Below, piece by piece: positions 56,524 through 64,000 of a stretch of DNA of 64,000 bases; positions within the stretch are counted from its first letter, which is position 1, and each line of letters begins with the position of its first letter. This stretch comes from the human T2T-CHM13v2.0 reference genome, Homo sapiens, in NCBI RefSeq assembly GCF_009914755.1, contig NC_060926.1; one strand, written 5' to 3'. The notes beneath the pieces were generated by a model. That model worked only from the letters and a program-made list of their open reading frames with translations, was not told the DNA's origin and did not search any database. The translations under genes were made by a program, and so were the position numbers.

Positions 56524-56874
56524 TTTTCTTTTCTTTCTTTCTTTTTCTTTTTTCTTTTTTTTTTTTTTTTTTTTTTTTGGAGACAAGGTCTCTCTCTGTC
56601 ACCCAGGCTGGATGGAGTGTGGTGGCATGAACACGGCTTATTGCAGCCTCGATTTCCCCAAGCTCAGGTGATCCTCCCACCTCAGCCTCCTGAATAGCTG
56701 GGACTACAGGTACGTACCACCATGCCTGACTAGTTTTTTTATTTTTTATTTTTGGTAGAGATGGGGTTTTACCATGTTGCCCAGGCTGGTCTTGAACTCC
56801 TGGGCTCAAGCAACCCTTCTGCTACAGCCTCCCAAAGTATTGAGATAACAGGCATGAGCTGCCACACCCAGCCT
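56524..56874 (-). mobile_element. AluJ
   Basis: Diverged dimer with a long T-rich tail. Confidence 0.85.
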
Positions 56875-57171
56875 AAACTAATACTTTCAACACAATAAGA
56901 TAAACAAAGTAAAAGAGGTGTGTGCAATGGATAGCAGTAGTACAAAGGCAAGAGTTCACTCTCTCTGGGGAAAGCAACACAAGCTAGACTTTGGAAATAA
57001 GTAAAAGTCAGCTGGGCCAACATAAAGCTATAAGGACTTCCCACTGGAAGGGACAGCATAAGCAAAATCCTAGAGATACAAAAATAACATGTCATCATCT
57101 CAACTGTCAGTTCTTTTTTTAAAATTAAAGTTAGCATAAGTGTTAACCTTAAATTTTTTTTTTTTTAATGT

Positions 57172-57290
57172 TGCTTGGTGTGGTGGTTCACTTCTGTAAT
57201 CCCAGCACTTTGGGAGGCCAAGACAGATGAATCGCTGGAGTTCAGGAGTTTGAGACAAGCTTGGGCAACATGGTGAGACCCTGTCTCTAC
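57172..57290 (+). mobile_element. Alu left-arm fragment
   Basis: TGTAATCCCAGCACTTTGGGAGG...GAGACCCTGTCTCTAC, no tail. Confidence 0.7.
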
Positions 57291-57380
57291 CTTGTGCCTC
57301 TGTTGCCCTGTGGGTATTATAAGGATCAAAATAATACATATCTACCTCAAATGATAACTGTGATGATTAAATAAGTTAAT

Positions 57381-57663
57381 AAGTCATCCCGCAGTATCCA
57401 TGGGGCATTGGTTTCAGGATACCCCCTCATATCAAAATCCAAAGATATTCAAGTCCCTTATATAAAATAGTGTCATATTTGCATATAACCTACACACATC
57501 CTCCCATGTACTTTAAATCATCTCTAGGTAACTCATAATACCTAATGCTATGTAAACGTTATATAAATAGTCATAAATACTTATTTGTATTTTTATTGTT
57601 ATTTTTAAAATTATTATTTTCAATCTACAGATGCAGAACCCAGGGATATGGAGAGCCAATTGT
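57381..57663 (+). mobile_element. MER2 (Tigger-type) within a MIR
   Basis: AGTCATCCCGCAGTATCCATGGGG...GGATATGGAGAGCCAATTG inverted ends. Confidence 0.75.
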
Positions 57664-58272
57664 ATTTGTAAAACACTTAGAATGGTGCCTGACACGTGGT
57701 ATGTCCTTTAAATGTGGGCTCATATTACCATAAAGTATTTAACTAGGTCTCAATTGATGATGTTCATGCTGTTGCCAATTCTTTGCACGCTTTGGCTACT
57801 AAAGAAACTTCCAAGGCAAGTTTTGAATTGCCATGAGCTTCTATTACATTTGGGCTCCTTTTTCTTACTAGCTTACCAACACCCAATATTTGTTTGTGAA
57901 TACTTCATAAATGCGTACTCATGTTGTTAACTCCCCTTAGAGGCAGCACAAAATGTCAAAGTTGGAGTCCAGCAGAGCAGCTTCCAGGCCAGACCCTGGA
58001 AGGGAATCCGTTGCAGGTTTTCTTTCTGCAGAGAGGCCATACCAGGAAGGCACATGCTGAGCAGAGACTGAGAAAGAAAGCAGGAAGATTAGGATAGGAG
58101 AGGTCAGACAGTAAATCTAACCGGAAGCCAGGCTGGAAAGCAGCCAGAGTATGAGTGCGGGTCAGAAATGTAGGACCAGAGACGAATCTGAGAACAGAGA
58201 ACTCAAAAGGACTCTTTGTGCATTAAAATTTTCAGAAAGTGTGAATGGCATACCTTCTTGGAGGAGATGCTT

Positions 58273-58289
58273 CGATCGATCGATCGATC

Positions 58290-58324
<35 letters not shown>
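58273..58324. repeat. Compound STR (CGAT)5(AGAT)3(AGAC)5
   Basis: Directly visible. Confidence 0.95.
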
Positions 58325-58327
<3 letters not shown>

Positions 58328-58337
58328 AGATAGTTCT

Positions 58338-58776
58338 TGAGAGAAGAAAAATGGCTTAGAGCAGTCTGAGCTATATGAGGTATGCAAAATTTATCAGGCC
58401 CAGAGAGGGGAGTATGGGGCTCAAGTCTTGCTCTGCCTCCTTGAACCCACACCTAGAAGCAATCATGTAAAGGCATCTTGTTCCTGACTAGCTGCCTCAT
58501 CTGCTATCTTTATGGTCCTGGAATTTGTGATTCACAGAACAGTGTAGAGCCAATCAACAGCTTGTGTTATTTTCATGGAAATTCTTGGCAAACAACTCAG
58601 GAGCTTCCTCTTCCTCTTCTTTTCCTTTGAAAACCTACTTGTACCTGCTGCTAACCAGAGCGTATACTCAGGGCCACTTGAAACTATGCTCTTGGGTTGC
58701 AGCCCTCAAGCTTGGCCCAAGTAAATGCTCTACTTATATTAAGTTGGCCTCAGTTGTTCTTTCCTTTAGGTTCACA
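58338..58776 (+). mobile_element. MER34-type solo LTR (ERV1)
   Basis: TGAGAG...TTCACA termini; exact 4-bp TSD TTCT. Confidence 0.75.
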
Positions 58777-59320
58777 TTCTCATCAACCTGTAGGTACAAA
58801 TGAGGTTGTTAATATTAATTCCAAAACTACAAGATTCTTTGCTCCTCTTACTCACATGGGAACTCAGTCTCCTCCTCCCAAAGTCCCCTTGGGCCATTTT
58901 TGGGGACTGGAGGAATTCTCACATGCTCGGGGACAAATGTGCTCACTGTGGTCTGCTCTATCCTTCTCATCAAGATGCCTCACCTACCTGAGCCTCAGTG
59001 GCTGAAGACAACTTAGCAGGTTCTCCCTGCTGCTGCCTCCTCACAACCCATATCCAGGAGAGGTGCTTTTTGCTGTGCTCCTTAGCAGAGTATGTGTAGG
59101 GTGGAATGTGGGGTCAGAGGAGAGAACAGCCCTTATCCGTCTAGAGTCTTTTATGATTTAGGTCCTCTTATTTCTCTTCCTAACGCCAGTCTGCTGAGGT
59201 TCAAAACGTGTCACCCCAGGCTGGATTGGGGAGAGGGAAAGAAAGACATATACCAGCCACCTGCTCCTTGTCCTTGCTGCTTTATCTCTAGTCATTCAAG
59301 AACAAATATTAAGCAGCCAT

Positions 59321-59835
59321 TGTAGTAAATTGAATGGAAAACTAACTCCAATTGTCTGCCCCTCTCTGTCTCTATGCCCTTTGCAATGGGACACTAAGTT
59401 CCTCCTATTATGAAGTGGAAGCTCTCCTCACCCCTTTAATCTGGGCTGGCCCATGACTGGCTTTGATCAGCTGGATGTGGCTGAAATGATGGGATGTCCA
59501 TATTAAGCTGTACCTCCAGAGGCCTCGAGCTCTTCCACTCACTCTTGTGGCTCCTCTGCCATACCCTGAGAAGAGCCTGGTTAGACTACCAGCTGATGAA
59601 ATACGGCCTCAGCCAACAGCTAGCTCCCAGCCAGCCCCCTGCCCAGAAAAGCCCAGATGCATGGCTCTGCCAAGCCCTGTGTAGATGACCTGCTTTTACA
59701 TGAGTGAGGTCAGGGGACACCTGAAGATCCATCCAGCTAAACTACAGATTTGTGAACCAAATAAAGTCTCTGTCATTTGAAGCCACTGGGTTTCTGTTTG
59801 TTACACAGCATTATTGTGACAAAGGATAAACGATA
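59321..59835 (+). mobile_element. MLT1-type MaLR LTR
   Basis: TGTAGTAAATTG...GAAGCCACTGGGTTT...GTTACACAGCA...AACGATAC. Confidence 0.65.
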
Positions 59836-60387
59836 CCAACCTATTTCTGACCTCCAAAATCAAGGCTTTTTGCACATTCAAACATTCCTCCGAGAAGCTC
59901 AACAAATAGCCAAGTTCTAATTCTCAGTCTGGATTCAGCTGGGATGCCCTGCTGCCCTTACAACGGCCCAGTGGCAGACAGGAGCAAGATGGAAGGATTT
60001 TAATTCAGCAGATGTCCAGGAGGTCTGAGGGAAAGCTAGTCAGCCCACTGGGAATGGCACACATGAGGAGTTTGGGGATAGGAGTGCCCTACCAATCTAT
60101 AATTCGTATACAAAGATCACAGTAGGCTTTGTGTGACAGCACTTCTTATGGAAACTGGCAAGGGAGGCCAATTTCCTCAGTTTGGACTCAGTTGGGACTG
60201 AAATGAAACACAGAACAGCAAGAAAAATGGGGCAGGAATCACAGAGAAAACATTGAGCTGTCCCAAGTCCTGGAATGGTGGCTCCGGACAAGTTTATCTA
60301 AAATCTCTGAGGGCAGAGAAGCCCCCTCAAGTGGGAATTTGAGTTACATGTTATTAACCTCAGTCTATATCCTGTCTCTAAATTTCT

Positions 60388-60522
60388 TTTAAAAAAAAAA
60401 CAAAAAAAGAGATGGGGTGTTGCTATGTTGACCAGGCTGGTCTCGAACTCCTGGCCTCAAGCAGTCTTCCCATCTCAGCCTCCCAAAGTGCTAAGATTAC
60501 AGGTGTGTGCCACTGTGCCTTA
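60388..60522 (-). mobile_element. Alu left monomer (FLAM-like)
   Basis: GAGATGGGG...GGCTGGTCTCGAACTCCTGG...GATTACAGGTGTG. Confidence 0.75.
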
Positions 60523-60736
60523 CCTAAATTTCTTTTATTATACAGAGTTGCTTTGTCTAATTCTAGCCCTGTGGTAGCTACCCAAGATTGTTGTAACCTC
60601 CAGTGATCAAGTTCTTTGGATAAGCAAAGAGGGAGGGCATTAAGTGTGTGGAAAAGACCCCTCCTCTCCACTCTTGTTGCAAGGCAAGTTCTTTTCCTTA
60701 ATTGTCCCCTGACTCTTCTACGTTGTTTCTGGAAGC

Positions 60737-61001
60737 TTTTTTTTTTTTTTTTTAGAAGTAGAGTCTCACTCTATTGCCCAGCTTTGAACCCCTAGACCCA
60801 AGAAATCCTTCTGCCTCAACCTCTTGAGTAGCTGGGACTACAGGCACATACCACCACATCCTAATTAAAAAAAAAAAATTATAGAGATAGGAATCTCCTG
60901 CTATATTGCCCAGGCTGCTCTCAAACTCCTGGCCTCAAGTGACCCTCTAGGCTCGGCCTCCCAAAGTGCTTGGATTACATGCATGAGCCACTGCAACTGG
61001 C
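60737..61001 (-). mobile_element. AluJ with internal deletion
   Basis: Diverged dimer with poly(T). Confidence 0.78.
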
Positions 61002-61949
61002 TTATTTCTAGGGACTTTGAATGGAGCCTGCACACCAGGGGCAGGTGAATGGAGGCTGAGTCAGCCAGTCAGGTGAAAACTGAATGCTTTTAAACTCTGA
61101 AGTGTTCCACTGGACTGTGTTGATGGAGCTCCTTTCAAACTGGGGCCTGCCCTTGCCTGCCAGTCAAACAGAACTGTCCACAGTCTAGCAAATGGCTGTC
61201 ATACATCAATAGGCCATTCATTGGAAATCTAATGATTGGCAACTGGGACCACAGGTACAGGGAATGCAATAGAACTCAAGCTGTGGTTGAGTTCTTGTTC
61301 TGTCTATCCTTTTGAGTGATGAAAAATGAGGCCAGATCTAGGCAATTTTTTCTTTACATTGAAAGCTTAGCCTCTTGATCCTGTTGGGGCTGGAGCGAGT
61401 GTGGAGTTAGGCTCAGAGAAGTGGTTAATGTACGCTTTGCTCCTGATAGCTGTTTCTGAACATTCTATAGTTATAGTTCTATAGGTGTAGGTTCCTAGTT
61501 GTTTGGTGTCTGGCCCTGTGGGATTTAGGGGGTGGGGGAATATGGGCTTGGTATTTGAGAACTGGGTAACAGAGATGGTGGGGAGGTTTGGGCTCTGGAT
61601 TTGTTGGTTTGCATATTAAAGGAGTGCTCACAGGCCAGTTGTTTGCTCTCTCTAGGAATTAGCTAACCCTCAGAGAGGCAGTCTGTCTCCAAGTCCATGA
61701 GGTCCCCAAAGGTCAAAGCATCATACAATACAGAAAATAAAAAGCATGATTAATACTGCAGGCTGAGAGGATATGTGTTCCTGCACTGTCAGACCAAGCG
61801 CAAGAATTGTTGGAGACATGTTACAGCTTCTCTGCCTTCTCTCAATGTTACGCTGTTCAGGACTCAGGATCCTGCCCTCTGAGGGTTTACAGAAGTCATT
61901 CTCACTATCTCACACTGGCCGTCTTGACCCAGAGCAGTTCTTTACTTTC

Positions 61950-62126
61950 TCGGGACACAAACGGGATGAAAGTCCAGGGCTGGGACTTCCTCCTTGGAAT
62001 GTTTGACAAGGACTGACGTACTCTAGGCCCTTTGAATCCCGGAAGTCCAGGACACACCCAACCTTGATTACAGTGTCCAGAATGCTGGAGCGTAGGTGAA
62101 AGGACAAAAGCCAGACACATTTCAAC
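61950..62126 (+). promoter_or_regulatory. NOSTRIN: Proximal NOSTRIN promoter / 5'UTR
   Basis: Perfect ETS site CCGGAAGT 62039-62046 and CRE-like TGACGTA ~62014 just upstream of the ATG. TSS not determinable from sequence. Confidence 0.55.
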
Positions 62127-62153
62127 ATGAGGGACCCACTGACAGATTGTCCG
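62127..62153 (+). CDS. NOSTRIN: NOSTRIN first coding exon (eNOS-trafficking F-BAR protein), MRDPLTDCP
   Basis: caacATGA (A at -3) ATG AGG GAC CCA CTG ACA GAT TGT CCG|gtgagt strong donor; peptide matches the NOSTRIN N-terminus as recalled, and NOSTRIN is the known neighbour of CERS6. Confidence 0.92.
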
Positions 62154-64000
62154 GTGAGTAGCTCAGTGTGGTTTGTGTGCCTGCGTGTGAGGAGGGTGGA
62201 GGGTGGATTTGTATATTAATGGATTTTAACTTAAGAAATTTGAGACACTCAGAAACCAAACACATTTAGATATTGGCTGTGGTGCAAAAGTTTGTGGTTT
62301 TTCTTTGGTTCAGTTTAAAAACAGAGCTTTTTCTAGGAAATGACAGGGCAGGTAATTGTCATCTTTCCTTCTCATATTCTTGGAAAAAGTTTTGAGAGAG
62401 TAAAGCCTCATATTTGGATCCAGATGGTGGCTGTTTGGAAAACATTCTTAAGACATACACCCATGGTGCCAACATCATGTGTGGTGTGGATACAAAAACA
62501 CACAGAATGTCTGCAGCCAATTTTTGGCTCTGAGAATAAAGTGAGGGAGGAGAGTTTTTGTGCCTTTTCACCCTCATTTTTTGGAGTCAAGGATCACAAG
62601 TCCTGCAGGAGGAAGGATAGACTCCCCACTCTGCCTGGCCTGCAGTGGCTCTCAGACTGGTTTAGCAGCATGTTTGTTCCATGTTTGTTCGTTTTGGTAA
62701 TGTTTGGAGCACTACCAAAAATATAAGTTTGGTCAGAAGTCCAAAGACATTGTGAGGTCTCCGGCGGCAATAGCAGAGATGTAATTTAGGAGATAAGAAG
62801 CAACTAAAATAAAGGGGGGGATATGTTTACTTTGAAAATAAAGTAATTAAGGAGGGTCAGTGTTTTATCCCAACACATGGGGCTGAAAAGCTAAGATTGG
62901 TGACATCATAAGCAGGAGGTTGCAGTCATCCTTCATGTATTGATAACACAAACTGTGGGGCGGCAGATAAATGGGCGCTGAGATAAAGTCATAAAGAAAA
63001 AGATCAGCAGAGGATTATTGATTTCCTTTTTGTTTATTCAATGGATAAGAAAAGCACATGGTTGGAAAAAATGGAACTATAGTTACTATTGCAGAAAATC
63101 AGATGAGCTAAATGAGATGAACTCATAAATGACTAGTAATTTTAATAATGACAACATAGTAGCCAATTCTGCCTAATTTTCCTTTTTTTAAATACAGAAA
63201 TAATTTGTGCTTAATGTAGAAACAAATTCCAATGATATGGTTATATATAGATTTTTAAGAGTGAAACTTCCCCCTTTAATTACTTCAATCTCAGTGTTCT
63301 CTCCATTGTTAATTGTGAATAATTTTTAAGAAGTCTTTTATCATTTATTTTTCTCTCCTTGAGGTTGCTCCCTGACTAAACTGTTAAATCCTCTCCTGTC
63401 TCAACACTCCTACCTCAATGTTTTTGTATAGGGGCGGCAGGCCAGGACAGGGATGGGGTAAGTGGCAGCAAAATCTTGGCACTAATAGTAACCAAAGAAG
63501 AAAATTAACACCAGGGAAGGGTGCAATGGACAGAAGACAGGGAAATGGTGGGCAGCTTTAATTAAGTTTAAAAAGAGAAGAAGAAATAAATCCATAAAAA
63601 AGAAACTGAAGGTCTAACATCCTTTTTGTAGACAGCAAAGTCAAGTCTTCAGACGTGGAGAAATGTTTTCTTTCAGCAGCCCCCAAGGCAACCCATAACC
63701 ACACTTCTGTGTCTGCTTAAAGCTCCACTCCCTGGCATGCTGAATAGTTCCTTGTGCTATGCTGGGCCAAGGACTCCTGTCCTTGTCTAAAACTTTGAAG
63801 GTCATCTGTATGGGCTCATTGCCACCAAAAGTATCCGGGAGTCATGGGGAGGGCGGATATCCCTTCAGCCTGGGTTTCCAAACCCTCTAAACTCACAGAA
63901 CATTTATTTATTTGCAATTGTTTCATCTTAATCAAGTGTTCAAGTTGATTTCCTAGCACATTCTTAGCTTGTACTTGGGGAACAATGCTATGTGAAGATG

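Overview
Primate (very likely human) genomic DNA rich in Alu, L1 and LTR elements. I recognise it as the 3' end of CERS6 (ceramide synthase 6) followed by the 5' end of NOSTRIN, both on the + strand. CERS6 contributes a long intron (1-25065), a 157-nt coding exon (25066-25222), a 24-nt alternative micro-exon (25796-25819, AGKWNPLH), the terminal coding exon (28983-29135) and a ~5.5-kb 3'UTR ending near AATAAA 34583-34588. NOSTRIN contributes its first coding exon (ATG 62127, MRDPLTDCP|gtgagt). Almost all ORFs in the supplied track are repeat-derived or spurious. The best candidate 'system' lies between the genes: two solo MER50-type LTRs with reciprocal mutations. Copy 2 keeps its TATA and NRF1/YY1-like motifs, has lost its polyA signal and is followed by a strong splice donor. 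It could act as a bidirectional promoter for an alternative NOSTRIN 5' end and for an antisense RNA spliced and polyadenylated inside the CERS6 3'UTR. Other observations: a neural-type micro-exon next to the DxRSDxE motif, a hidden 3'UTR-only retrocopy, a four-element nested transposon, an inverted Alu pair and a perfect 16-bp hairpin. Gene and repeat family names come from my recall of the sequences, not from a database search. Repeat boundaries without a stated TSD are approximate.
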